64,000 bases of DNA, taken from the NCBI RefSeq assembly GCF_009914755.1, contig NC_060945.1; one strand, 5' to 3'. The stretch comes from the human T2T-CHM13v2.0 reference genome, Homo sapiens. How positions within the stretch are numbered: the stretch's first letter is position 1; each line of letters starts with the position of its first letter. Below, in pieces: positions 27,735 through 41,499 of the stretch. The position numbers and the translations under genes were made by a program. The notes beneath the pieces were generated by a model. The model searched no databases. It had not been told where the DNA came from and saw only the letters and a program-made list of their open reading frames with translations.

Positions 27735-30582
27735 ATACAATATCATGTATTGGTAGTTTGAAATATTAGTTCCCTGAGTTATAAATATCTTCCAAATGCC
27801 AAATATATATATATAGAAGTCCAGTGGTTGAAATCAGTAACTCACAGATGGGGTATGATAAGGCTAAGGTGTGGTGTCACATTCCTGAGGGCAGGGGAAG
27901 ATCACTCCAAGTTCTCACATATGGAGTAGGATAAGACGTCACATTTTTGAGAGGCTGAGGAAATACACTTCAAGTTCTTATCACAGCAAAACATATATCG
28001 CTCACATAGCAGAGTACATGTTTGGAATCATTTCAAAGCTACATGACAGGAGAGAATTGTATCGCTATGACTTTATAGCAAAATACCACTTGTGCCTATG
28101 TTGAAGGCACATAAAACAGCACCATATATTTTCAAGGATAAACAAGTATCTCAATAAATTTGTAGAAGGTGAATTGGAAAGATACTTACTAGTTGCTCCA
28201 GACGACTTCTGTTGGGGAAAATAAATGGACTAGAAAATAAGCAGATGAAAAATATAAACAAAATAGAAAGGCCCTTCACAAAATGATACTGATAATATGC
28301 AGTGAACTGAATAATATTGTTAATTTAATTTTTATACCAAAGTTAGCAAGAACAATGAAAATCACATCTACCCAATCTCCCACCCCTCATAAAAACATAA
28401 CCTACAATTGTCTTGAAGAAAGAGATTCTCCTCTCTCTGCCATAGTGACAGGTATATGCCCAACTAACTGTGGAAAACAGTTCTTTCTTTCAACCTTACT
28501 CATCACCCTCACGGTCTGTTTATGAGGCTCTCCTCCACCAGCCAGAAAGGATGACGTGCCATACCTGCAAAACTTATACAGCATCAACAGAATGAATCTT
28601 TCCAACAAGCCGAAACATTGAGTATTGTGGCACAGAATATGCCCCACCCATTACTCAATCTAGATATCCTTTTATTCCACCGTCTCATGATTTTCTTTTT
28701 CCTGGAAAACAAAAGTATTTCTTTCATAGCCCAGCTAGCATGATAAATCAGCGAGTCAGAATTCTAGCTTTGTTGTAAGGTTTTGCGAATATCTGATCCT
28801 CTTATTTTGTACTTTTCTATTTCCTAGGCAAATCTGAGTATTTCACCCAGTTTTCCTTAACTAGGCATTGAAAACTCAGTTTTTTTCTTACAAACCTTCA
28901 TGTCTTCCTGCTCATTTGCACAGTCTTATCTTGCACCTCCTATAAAATGGAGAAACTTGACATTAAAACGTAATTTTTATTACATTTTGAGGGATTCCCA
29001 GAGAATTTTTCCCCAATCTCCTTAGGTAGGGACTTCTTTACTATAGTTCCCACACACATCTATCACCCTCCCCTACTTCTAGACAATTTTGGGAGGCATT
29101 CCTCCCTTCTCCCACCAATCAAGGAGCCAGGTATCTCTACCGAGCTGAGTAACTGTAGAAATCTTTCTGCTTCCAGTTTCTAGCACCAGCATTACCTGAG
29201 GGGACTGATTCCTAGAGGTCAAAGACAAATGCTGGGTTTGGTGCCTGCGTTGTTTTTAGGCTTCTTTTTCTTCCTGGCTTCCTCCTCCCTGCACAGGTTC
29301 AAAGTTGTTTCTTTCCTCATAACTGTATCTGAAAAAGCAAGGCCCATTCTACTAGAAGACCTTGTATTTTCCGTGGAGAATCCACAGAGTGAGTAGTTTG
29401 AAAGTGCGGATAGGAGGAGGGCTCTTCAGGCTGTGGCTGCTGAGTGAGAGCGAGGTGTTCCCAAATTGGTGCACACATTTGTGGAAATGAGACAAAGTTT
29501 CTAAGTCCTGAGCTGCACCCTTAATTCTTCACACACATGTTGATTTTTAAAGTTAAACCTACAACTTCCTCCTTGCATAGGGCCAAACAAGCATGGTATT
29601 AAGAGAGGAAGACAAATGAATAGTGTTCTAAACATTTCCCAGGACTTCAGTTCCATAAGGTATCATCTGGTCGAATTCTTATGTAGAAGTTGTCTGGTTC
29701 CTCAGTTTCACCCATTCTATGGCCAGCCCAGACTTCCCCAGGTAGGATTTATGCCCCTTCTTCCAGAAAGCAGGACTTCTCCTGTCCTAAATCCTTCATT
29801 CTCTCCATCTAGCAGTCAAATAAATCCCAGGAAATACACGGAGTGTTCCTTGTCCTGAAGTATAATACCCATCCTTGTAATATACTACATGGCCTTATCT
29901 TTATCCTTACATTTAGGAATTTCTAATATTTCTCCCTCTTTTGTTGCTTCAGGTGCCAAATAAAACAAAATGCTTCATCAAACCAATGACATACATCATG
30001 TGTCAAGTATCTGCCTCAAAGCAACTTGTTGCATACTCTTTACTTCTATATACACGCTCGCAGTTTCTTAATATTTACTAGAAATCAGAATGCAATTCTT
30101 TAATTTTTATGTTCCCCTTTGTACATCATGTGTCACCTTTAATTCTTTGTTCATCTTAGTTACCATGAAGTTTTTCATTTACTTACTTGCTTCGTAGTTA
30201 CTTTGAAGAGTAAAACGTAGATGAGATGCAGTATACTGTTAAGGTTTTCTAATACCACGGGGAGCGTTTCATTTGTTTTTAAAGTTTAGGCCATTGCAAG
30301 AAATTTGCTCCTTAAAATTCTACTGACACTTATTCTTAATTTTTTTAAGAGACAGCTGTAACATTGTTTACAAACGTATAAATACCATCCCAGCGAGAAA
30401 CTAGCTTTGTGCTTCTGTCATAAAAGAGACACAGGTTTCTAACAGGAAATGGAAAAGGGAGAACTACTGAGTCAAGTGCAAACTCCCAGCCAGGCAGAGA
30501 GCAGCTGACTCTGTAGAACCGTCCCTTCCCGTCTCCCTCCACACCTTGCCTCCTCCAGGCCCAACCCCATTCCACCAGCACC

Positions 30583-30701
30583 CCGCCCCAGGCGCACTGG
30601 CTAGGACTGGAAGGCAAGGACTAAGGTGAAAGCTGACTGCCCGCACCGCCCCAGGCGCACTGGGTAGGACTGAAAGGCAGGGACTAAGGTGACAGCTGAC
30701 T
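30583..30701 (+). repeat. Promoter tandem duplication, two 56-bp copies, period 63
   Basis: 30583-30638 versus 30646-30701, 4 mismatches. Confidence 0.95.
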
Positions 30702-30818
30702 CTGCCGGGGCGGAGTGCGTGTCCTCCCACCGTGCTGGCGCTGAACTGACTGTCCGCTGCCAAGGGAAGTGACAGCCGCAGCCGGGCTCTCAGCCAGCGG
30801 CCGGGCGCCCCGCGGACC

Positions 30819-30884
30819 ATGCTCTCCAGTACGCAGAACGCGGGCGGCTCCTATCAGCGGGTCCGCGGGGCGCTTGATACACAG
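30819..30884 (+). CDS. ABCC13: ABCC13 exon 1 coding part, MLSSTQNAGGSYQRVRGALDTQ (22 codons)
   Basis: ggaccATGc (A at -3) inside the CpG island; donor CAG|GTAAAG at 30885; phase 0; no ATG seen between 30481 and 30818. Confidence 0.92.
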
Positions 30885-32075
30885 GTAAAGTTCTCTGGTC
30901 CTTAGGGGAGAGGAGAGGCGGGTCGTGGGGACCACTGTGGGTGCAGGAGTGGAAGTGGGGAGAGGTGAGTCCTCGAACCCTGAACGTGGACGGACGAGCC
31001 CTTGTTTCAGTAGCCAACACACACGGGACAGACAGACCGGCGTACACACTCAATCCTCAGAGCAGAGATCAGAGATCAGGGTAGGTGCAACTTGAACCAG
31101 AGGAGCTCAGTCTTGGTAGGGCTGGAGGAGAGGAAGAGGCATCTTTGTTTGAAGAGATAAGTAACTCCCCCATAAGCAGAAAGCGTGGATGGGCCTGTCA
31201 TCGCTGAAGGAACACAGGTTGGAGCAGAATTCTACTACCATTGAGTGATCCCATTAAAACCGCAGAGCATTGGGGATTAATAACACTCAGTGTGGATTTT
31301 GGGACCCAGGTCTGGGGCAAATCCAGAAACTTCAGACACTTAATTGTGCTCTCCTCTGGCGCACTATAACTCATGCTTCTACAATGGGAGTCACGTGCTA
31401 AGGCGGTAGTCAGAGAAATGAGCCCTACAGTTGTTGTGTATTAGCAACAATTCCCCTAACAAAAGTTCCATTTGTTTCACTTATCATCACTATACAAGAC
31501 ATGGACTTAGAAACAGCCCTGTTGTCCTAACAAAGAAAAAATATATAATTCCGATTCAGGGGACTTGTTCTAATCCTGGCTTTTTTAGTAACTCTGAGTG
31601 TCAAATATATGTGACATCTATTTTGATCACATACAAAATCAAACTATAAATTTATTTAAAATTAAGTTATATGTAAAGTACTTTTATAAAAATCTATAAG
31701 ATAGAAGGGCTGAATAAGTTCCTTGAAAATGTGAAAAAGCTCCATCACTATAGCATGCCTCTTTTTACTGTACCGTAGAGATGGCAGGCTCAATTGCGCA
31801 AACTGGTTTAATATCATTAGTGTAACAGCCAAGGTGATCAAAGGCAGTAAATTATAAACTTGTAGTTGAAAAATTATAAAACTCAATTTTGTCACCCCAA
31901 ATTTTAGTCGACTCTTCCTTTAGTATTCAAACACCGTTTGTTTCCTTGATTATTATTCAACTTTGATAGCCTTCATAGATCAGGAATCCACTTAAACAAG
32001 GTTGAAAATATTCATTTTAATTTCATTCTCTATTTGTTATTTCTATGATGGCAATTTTTAAAAAAAGTTGGTGGT

Positions 32076-32278
32076 AGCCAGGCACAGTGGCTCACGCCTG
32101 TAATCCCAGCACTCTGGGAGGCCAGGCATGGAGGCGTGCTCATGCAGTCCCAGCTACTTGGTGGGGGGCTGAGGTGGAAGGATTACTTGAGCTTGGGAGA
32201 TTGAGGCTGCAGTGAGCCATGTTCGCTCCACTTCACTGAAGCCTGAGCAACACAGTGAGACACTATCTCAAAAAAAAA
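32076..32278 (+). mobile_element. AluJ-like element lacking most of its left arm
   Basis: First 48 or so Alu bases join directly to the right-arm start. Confidence 0.85.
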
Positions 32279-33121
32279 TTGATGGCTTCAAAATGTATAA
32301 AAAAACCTCTGTTTACTTACATATTGACTTCATATTTTTAATACAACAGATCTCAGGTAAAAATCCCTATGTAACTATAAGCTAAGAACATACCTTTTTA
32401 ATTGAATTTTTATGGCTAACATGGTGACTGTGAATAGATTCTTCTAAATATTTTTTGTTGGTAGTGATTAGCATCCATCCATTCATTCAGTCAGTCATCC
32501 GAAACATGTTTATTATGAGCTGGCCCTGGGCCTTGAGAAACTGGAGATTTCTCCAGAAGCTAGCGATACAGAGATAAACCAACTATAGTTTCTGTCTTCC
32601 AGCGACACTAAATCTAGTAAGAGAGAAGCACCTTCCAGGAAATAATGAGAGAGTTGGGTAATATGAGGGTAAATTCTGTGAGTGCCAACCTGAAGGAGCC
32701 CTTAAGTCCTCCCTGAGGAGTATGTTAAAGTTGCTCTGGTAATACAGAACGTGTTTCAGAGCCTTGGACTGGAGTGAGAGGACAGAAATTACAAAAGACA
32801 CTGAAACCTGAATAGGATTGAAGCACAAAAGCCAGGAGAAGGGAGGCAGAAGGATGTGGGCAGTAGGAAAGGTCTAAGTAGTGAAAAACAGTGTTGCATG
32901 GGTACAGAGTTGAGAGTGTGGATTTAGAACTGGAGTATAGAATAAACTAAGTGGTTTAGATCTTGTTTCCAATACTTGGTTGCAAGATCTTAGGCGAGTT
33001 TCTTAAACTCTGGGTGTTAGTTTCCCTTTCTATAAAATAGGGGTGACAGAAATTATTCCACCATAAAGGTATTTTACATTTAGTGAAATAATATACTTAG
33101 TACAGAATTTAGCATCTTTTA

Positions 33122-33466
<345 letters not shown>

Positions 33467-36324
33467 TTAATTTCCAGAAGTGTTCCCTTCTCCATGAGCA
33501 TCTACTTTCATTTTCCAGTAACTTCCTCCACTATTCCCAAAATCCCCCTATAAAATCCACATAGGAAGCTTCTGAAATTAGGCATTATGGGATATCAGTA
33601 AACACAGCAATCTGTCACACAAACCGTATTGCCATGAGGCCACATCTCAACATTAAACCCAAGGAAGTTTGAAAACAGTACACTTCAGAACCCCAGCTGT
33701 GCTATGATCCAGTGGTCTAAATACTTATTGTTTTCTGCCATAAACCAGAAGTAACAGGACCTCCATTCTAGTGAAAATTGCTCTTAAGTCAGCAATGTCA
33801 AGGTATGTTTATGGAATGCCTACTATAAGCTCAATAGTAAATAAATACAATAGATAATAAAACAGCTTAAACAAGGTCTGTAGTGGACATGGGAACACAC
33901 GAAATGAGAAACTCACTTGGGGTCAATTAGGTCTGCAGACCAGAATTGCTGTCAGATTGAGAACAAATGAGTTAGAAAGATGATAAATATTTAATGGAGA
34001 AGATGGGAGTAAATTAGAACATTCAAAGATACTCAGAATTGTCATGTTCTATTTTTCTACATAGAAATTACTATGTGCAGTATATAATCAACTCAATGAG
34101 ATCCATGATATGAATTCAATAATTATGAATGTATTGAAAAGTCATTTGCACATTCTTGGTGCTTGGTAAGGATTAACTCCCTTCATCAGACTTTTTTTTT
34201 TTTTTTTAAACCTGGCTGCTATTCCTTCTGGGAAGTAAAGTATGGTTGGACTTTACTGTGCTTCAGCATAAGATACCTGGTTCACATCTAAGGAGGCTAT
34301 GTACCAGAAAATATAAAGGGCGTCACATAAGATGCTTTCACATGAAAAAATGGTCCTAGAGGGAATGTTAAACCAAGTACCGAGTTCTTAGTCTGCTAAA
34401 GTAGCCATCTGCAGTAGCTTTGCAAGGCTTAGGTGCCTCAAACAACAACCATGCTATTTAGTTAATTATTCTTTGGGTCAGTTGGATTGTGTCCTGGTTT
34501 GGGTCAGTTTGACGGATAACTCCTGCGCTCTTTTATGCATAGGATTGTTGCGAGAACTAAATACAATGACAGTAATTCTACAATGATTGTAGAATCAGCT
34601 GGCAGATGGGCTGGTAGGCAGATAATCTAGAACCACGTTATTCCTATATCTGGCAGTTTTCAAGCTATTGGCCTGGTAATAGACCATCAGATGAGTGCCT
34701 TAGTTCTCCTCCACGTGATCTGTCATCCTTCAGCAGCCTAGCTCCAGCTCAGTCACATGGTGCACTCAGTGTCCTAAGCGCAGCAGGAGCCAAAGCATTA
34801 AGGCTTCTTGAGGCTTAGAATTTCAATGTCACTCCTGTTGTATTTCTATGACCAAAACAAGACACAATGTCAGCCCAGATACAAGGGATGGGAAATAGAT
34901 TCCACCTCTTGATGGGAAAAGCTGCAAAGAATTGGTAGCCATTTACAGTTTTCCACAGAAATATATGTGTTTCGGCTATCAATCCGATCCTTTCATTGGT
35001 AGCAAATTATCACATTAGCAACTCCCTGTGAAATTTGAACTTATGACATAAAATATGTCCTCCAGGTTAATTAGAGAATTTTTAGAATATTTTTTCCAAT
35101 AATTTATGTACTTGTTTTTTAAATAATATGTTGGTAACAATAGTGATGACAATTTTATTGTTCATATATTTGAGTCATTGTTTTGGGCTAATGGTGTGAT
35201 AAGTATTTTATATTTATCATTATATTAGTTCTTGCAACAATCTTATAATGATAAATGCCATTTTGGTAAATTGTGTATATCTTAAATGATTTATACTATA
35301 TAATTTGTTATAACACAGAGAACACATTTGGCATCAAATACATTTCCTCATCTCTACTTTGGGCATTTTGTTGTATACGATGAAATTTGGATTTAGTCAT
35401 TCCTTCTAGCTTCAGAATTTTTTAAATTGGTAAACACTGATTATGGAATCAGAACTGAGTTAGAGAAGATCACTAGGAAATTTCTTAAATGTTGGACAGT
35501 TTCTAAAAATCAAAATTAACTTGGTGACCAGTCTTACTTTTTAAAATGCAAAGAGATTGATGCTGACTATAAAAACATAAAATGGTTATTTTTGAGTCCT
35601 CTATTTTTAAACCTCTTTTCTCTTGGTTAAACCAACACAGTAAATGGGAAAACTTTATGGAAATGTTAAAACCCACCCCAAGATATCGTGTAATTGTGAC
35701 AAATATGTAATTGTGTATATAATTTTTAAAATATGTAAACACACACAGAAGTACACCAAATAACTATGATATTCTCTTTTCTATTTTTCAGAAAAAGAAA
35801 ACTATCTTTAGCAATTTAGATGCTTACATTTATCTTATATATACATATACATATATAATACATATGGGTATAAATTATTCACTTATACTGTCATATAATT
35901 GTGTTAATGTAAATAGACAATATGGGCTAAGTTCAAAGAACTGTCCCACTGTATGTGTACATATATATGTATATGTATGTATATTGTATATGTATATATG
36001 TATACAAATACATATAATTGTAAATTTACAGTTCTAAAATCTCTCTATGTATGTATATGTACATATACATACAATTTTCCTTCCCAACATGATTTACTGC
36101 TACATGCACCATCGTAATATTGAGAGAAATCTTGAAATTCCTCTAGTCCAACCACCATACAAGAATATCTTCACTTAACTATATTTCTTAAGAATTATGA
36201 TACCAACATATCCGTAACTCTTAGTAGAATAAATCATGTCAGATTTACCCCTGACAAAAAATATTTCAAATATAAATTTAAAATATTTACTTTATACACT
36301 ACTCTCTATATTTTTTCTTTTCAG

Positions 36325-36386
36325 AAATGCAGTCCAGAGAAAAGTGCCTCATTTTTCAGTAAAGTGACATATTCCTGGTTTAGCAG
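36325..36386 (+). CDS. ABCC13: ABCC13 exon 2 (62 nt), KCSPEKSASFFSKVTYSWFS, start of L0/lasso
   Basis: Acceptor ttttttcttttcag|, donor CAG|GTAGGA; matches the ABCC lasso motif (PE..ASF.S.ITF.W). Confidence 0.93.
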
Positions 36387-37668
36387 GTAGGAATTTTACT
36401 AATATATTTGTAGTGTACCACACTGAAAAAGATCCCAAGGGAAATGACACCTGAATTTCCTTTAATCTCAAAGTGAGTAGTTGTACAAAGTTGTCTCATA
36501 TTACTTATTACACAGAAATCACAGGTAAAAACATACTAAATAGTTCCACAGATAACAGTACTAATATTCCTCCAATATGTCTATATCTTTGTCGGGTTTT
36601 CATCTCATTACCACTAGGGAAGAACAGAAAAATGAACTTCTTTTTTAGCATCAAGTATATGCTATCCACTTTGTGTTTATTATTTCATTTAATTCTCCTC
36701 CAAGTGCTATGAGAAAGGCATTTGCATGAGAAAAATTTAGGCTCAGGAAACGAAAGCACCTGTCCATTGATACCCATGTAGGAGTAAGTATGTGTCTTAA
36801 ACCAATTTCTGATGAGTTCATGTTTCAAGCTTTATTTTTGCTATGTCAATCTACTTTTTATTAGAAATGCTCTCTTTTATACTAATATATGCTATTATTA
36901 AAAAACACACACACACAGCCCTAAGCATTTTATATGACATATATTATGGTTTTTCTCATAGAATAATTCACCCATAACATATGTTGAGGGCTCAGAATTT
37001 CTTCAGGAGATACCATTGTGAACTCTGATTTTTAACACAGAAATTAAATGGTATTGAATGGGAAGAGTTGATGTTTTCTTATTTTATAAATTCAGAAGCT
37101 TTCTTTAGAAATGTATTTCTTTTTCCCCCATAACAGAAATTCCATAATAATATGAAGTTAAATTTGTGTTTCTAGCTTTATGCCCCTTGCTCTGCAGTTC
37201 ACAGAAACAAAACTGCTCAATTTTATCTACAGATATGTTCCCAAGAGTGGATTAATCTTTTAAAAAATGATTAGGTACTAGATACCCCAAACTCAAATAG
37301 TCTTTAAAAATGCAGAGATAAATGAGTTAGTTTCTGTCTTCTAGGAATTCATAGTAGAATTAAAAAGATTAAAAAGTATACCACCATTACAAAAAAAGGG
37401 AAAAGGCAACATAAGCGTAATTGACAAACACAAATTTTCAGTAATATCATCTAATCAAGTTTGCACAATTAGAGACTATTTCACAGATACCAATGCTTTC
37501 ACTTAACATTTAAAGATGTGTAGGAGTGAGAAACGTGGTATCCCAAATTGAGCAAATACTATGTGAAAACCATACAATAAAAGGTGGGAAAGAACTGGCT
37601 GTGAAGTTCAGATGTGGTGAAAAACTGTGGGTTCAGACTGAGAAATTTTTAATTTTTGAGATACTTAT

Positions 37669-38642
37669 TGAAGGGGTGGGTTGCCCCTCCACACCTGCGG
37701 ATGTTTCTCCTTAGGTGGAACGAGAGACTAGGAAAAGAAAGAGACACAGAGACAAAGTATAGAGAAAGAAAAAGGGGCTCAGGGGACCGGCATTCAGCAT
37801 ACGGAGGATCCACGCCGGCACCAGCCTCTGAATTCCCTTAGTATTTATTGATCATTATCGGGCGTTTCCCGGAGAGGGGGACGTGGCAGGATAATACGAT
37901 AATAGTGGAGAGAAGGTCAGAAGGTAAACACGTGAACAAATGTCTCTGCATCATAAACAAGGTAAAGAAAAAACTGCTGTGCTTTTGATATGCATATACA
38001 TAAACATCTCAATGCCTTAAGGAGCAGTATTGCTGCCATCATGTCCCACCTCCAGCCCTAAGGCAGTTTTCCCCTATCTCAGTAGATGGAATATACAATC
38101 GGCTTTACACCGAGACATTCCATTGCCCCGGGGACGGGCAGGAGACAGAAGCCTTCCTCTTGTCTCAACTGAAAAGAGGCGTTCCTTCCTCTTTTACTAA
38201 TACTCCTCAGCGCAGACCCTTTACTGGTGTCAGGCTGGGGGACGGTCAGGTCTTTCCCTTCCCACGAGGCCATATTTCAGACTATCACATGGGGAGAAAC
38301 CTTGGACAATACCTGGCTTTCCTAGGCAGAGGTCCCTGTGGCCTTCTGCAGTATTTTGTGTCGCTGGGTACTTGAGATTAGGGAGTGGTGATGACTCTTA
38401 ACGAGCATGCTGCCTTCAAGCATTTGTTTAACAAAGCACACCCTGCACAACCCTTAATCCATTTAACCCTGAGTGGACACAGCACATGTTTCAGGGAGCA
38501 CAGGGTTAGGGGTAGGGTTACAGATTAACAGCATCTCAAGGCAGAAGAATTTTTCTTAGTACAGAACAAAATGGAGTCTCCTATGTCTACTTCTTTCTAC
38601 ACAGACAGAGTAACAATCTGATCTGTCTTTCTTTTCCCCACA
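37669..38642 (-). mobile_element. HERV-K (HML-2) solo LTR, LTR5B-like, 974 bp, antisense in intron 2
   Basis: Reverse complement starts TGTGGGGAAAAGAAAGACAGATCAGATTGTTAC and ends GCAACCCACCCCTTCA; TSD CTTAT (37664-37668 and 38643-38647). Confidence 0.93.
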
Positions 38643-39386
38643 CTTATGAAGCATCACATGTACAGGAGTTTGGATATGTGGCTTCCAGGCTTAGAATAAA
38701 CCTTTGACTATAGATATGGATTTGGGAGTCACTGACTAGAGGACAGTAGTTGAAACCATGCGTATGAATGAGATTGCCCAGAGGAAGAACCTATTGAATA
38801 GGCTGAACAAATGGAACATTGGTAATCCTCAGTATTTAAATGGCAAGAGAAAGAGGAGTCTACAAAAAAAGCTAAGTAAAGGTGTTCAGAATATATTATA
38901 AGAGAAGTAGCTGATGAAATAGTATGAGTGACAGGTAAGAAAAGAGAAACTGTCAAGAAAGGAGAAAAATAAAGTGGTCAATAGGGCCAAATACTGCAAA
39001 GGGGTGAATTAAAATAATAACTAAATATTCTCCATTAAATTTGGCAACATGAAGATCACTGGGGAGTTTTTCAAAGCAATTGAAGTAGAAAATGTATATA
39101 CTTGTGAGCAAATACTTGGGCAGAAGGGGTTAAATTGTGATAAAATTTCCAAGTTACACAAATCTAAGAATCTCTTAAAGAGGATGGCAAAACTATGTAA
39201 CATTAAGCAGCACACTAGAAAAGAGAAAGCATAGCTAGAAATGTAAATGTGAGCTATTTACAGTTAATGATTTTAATGCTTCAAATTTGTATAGGTATAG
39301 AAATGTTTTCCAAACCTGAATTTTGTTTATGGGGGAGTTGAGAGGAAGAGTGACACCTACCCCAGCTTTAAAAAATTCCAGTCTCG

Positions 39387-39784
<398 letters not shown>

Positions 39785-40572
39785 TTAAAGTTTGATTATC
39801 AAACTATAAAAACTATATGCATATGTATTAAATATTGCAAACATTATTTTAGCATTCCTAAAGACGCTGAAATTAAATTTAATAAGCAAGATAAGACATA
39901 GCAAATCTTCAAATATGACAACCTAGTATTTTGAAATCCATATCTTAAGTCAATCAAACAAACCATCAAGCTCTGTGAATATCACATTTATTTTCTGTTT
40001 AATTTGAATATCTCATAATTAGATACAAAATATTTTCATAGGATGTTGTTATCCAGAACTGTCATTGGCATGGATCTAATCTGATTTCTTATGTGGTGAC
40101 TAAACAATTGTATTTGAAACCTAACTATTGTTTAAGAGAATGTCCCTTTGAAGACAAAGATTAATTGTATTCTCCTATCTATTTTTGGAGTTACAGAATA
40201 GTGTCAAATTATTTCCTAGAACAAATTCAAGCATCAATAATTGTATGAATAACTCAATTAAAATGTGCTCAGATGACACAATAATTAAAAAATTATATAC
40301 TTATGAGCCTTAATTCCTAAGACAATAGCTATCTAGATCATTCTGATGATCAAATAATTACCAAGCCTTTATTAGCAAATATAATCTGTCACCAGTGTAT
40401 AATAATCATGGCCAGAGATATACATGGAAAAATCTAGTAAGAGTTTTCATAGGTCACAATCGTGTCATTATTTTAACCAGATACACTATTCAATATGTCC
40501 TTTTTCTCACATACTAAAAAAATTTGTACATTAAACAACTTTCTCCCAACCTATAATTTTTGGCCAGATTGA

Positions 40573-40887
<315 letters not shown>

Positions 40888-41129
40888 TCCAGAAATGTTT
40901 TAAAAGGTTATTTATAGCAATAAAATTGATAATGCTACTATATATTTGTACTTTCTAAGTATTCAAATATTACTCATCTATAAAAGTTATATTTCAGCTC
41001 ATCTTCCTAATAGAATGCCACTGTTTTTCTATTCTGTTCACATGAGTTGGTTGAGATATTTATGCACATTTAATAATTCTAAATATAGTCAAAATTCTCT
41101 CTAAGATAATAAAATTTAAGAGTGGAAAT

Positions 41130-41499
41130 TGTATTAGTCAGTTCTCACGTTGCTATGAAGAAATATCCGAGACTGGGTAATTTATAAGGGAAAGAGGTTT
41201 AATTGGCTGACAGTTCCACAGGGCTGGGGAGGTCTCAGGAAACTTACAATCATGGCAGAAGAAGCAAACACGTCCTTCTCCACCTGGCAGCAGGAAGAAG
41301 TGTCAAACAAAGAGAGAAAAGCCCCTCATAAGACCATCAGATCTCATAAAAACTCGCTCACTATCATGAGAACGGCAGCATGGGGTAACCACCCCTATGA
41401 TTCAGTTACCTCCCACCAGGTCCCTCCCATGACATGTGGGGATTATGTGAACTGCAATTCAAGATGAGATTTGGGTGGGAACAAAGCCAAACCATATCA
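41130..41499 (-). mobile_element. THE1C/D-like solo LTR
   Basis: TGTATTAGTC...AAACCATATCA termini; TSD GAAAT/GAAGT. Confidence 0.9.

Larger units (their letters stand above)
30440..31060 (+). promoter_or_regulatory. CpG-rich TATA-less promoter and first exon of ABCC13
   Basis: The only GC/CpG-rich non-repeat stretch in the window. GC boxes at 30583, 30646 and 30707; AP-1/NF-E2-like TGAGTCA at 30468-30474; ETS-like cores at 30445 and 30765; E-box CAGCTG at 30502 and 30693. Confidence 0.85.

Noticed and set aside
28190-28229. Additional tiny minus-strand exon candidate
   Set aside because: Only 19-40 nt with two competing acceptors; it shows how easily splice-like motifs arise by chance here.
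30345-31053. Minus-strand ORFs of 87-121 aa over the promoter
   Set aside because: Stop codons are scarce in GC-rich DNA. The ATG at 30820 is the palindromic partner (CATG) of the ABCC13 start, and the repeated peptide only reflects the 63-bp duplication.
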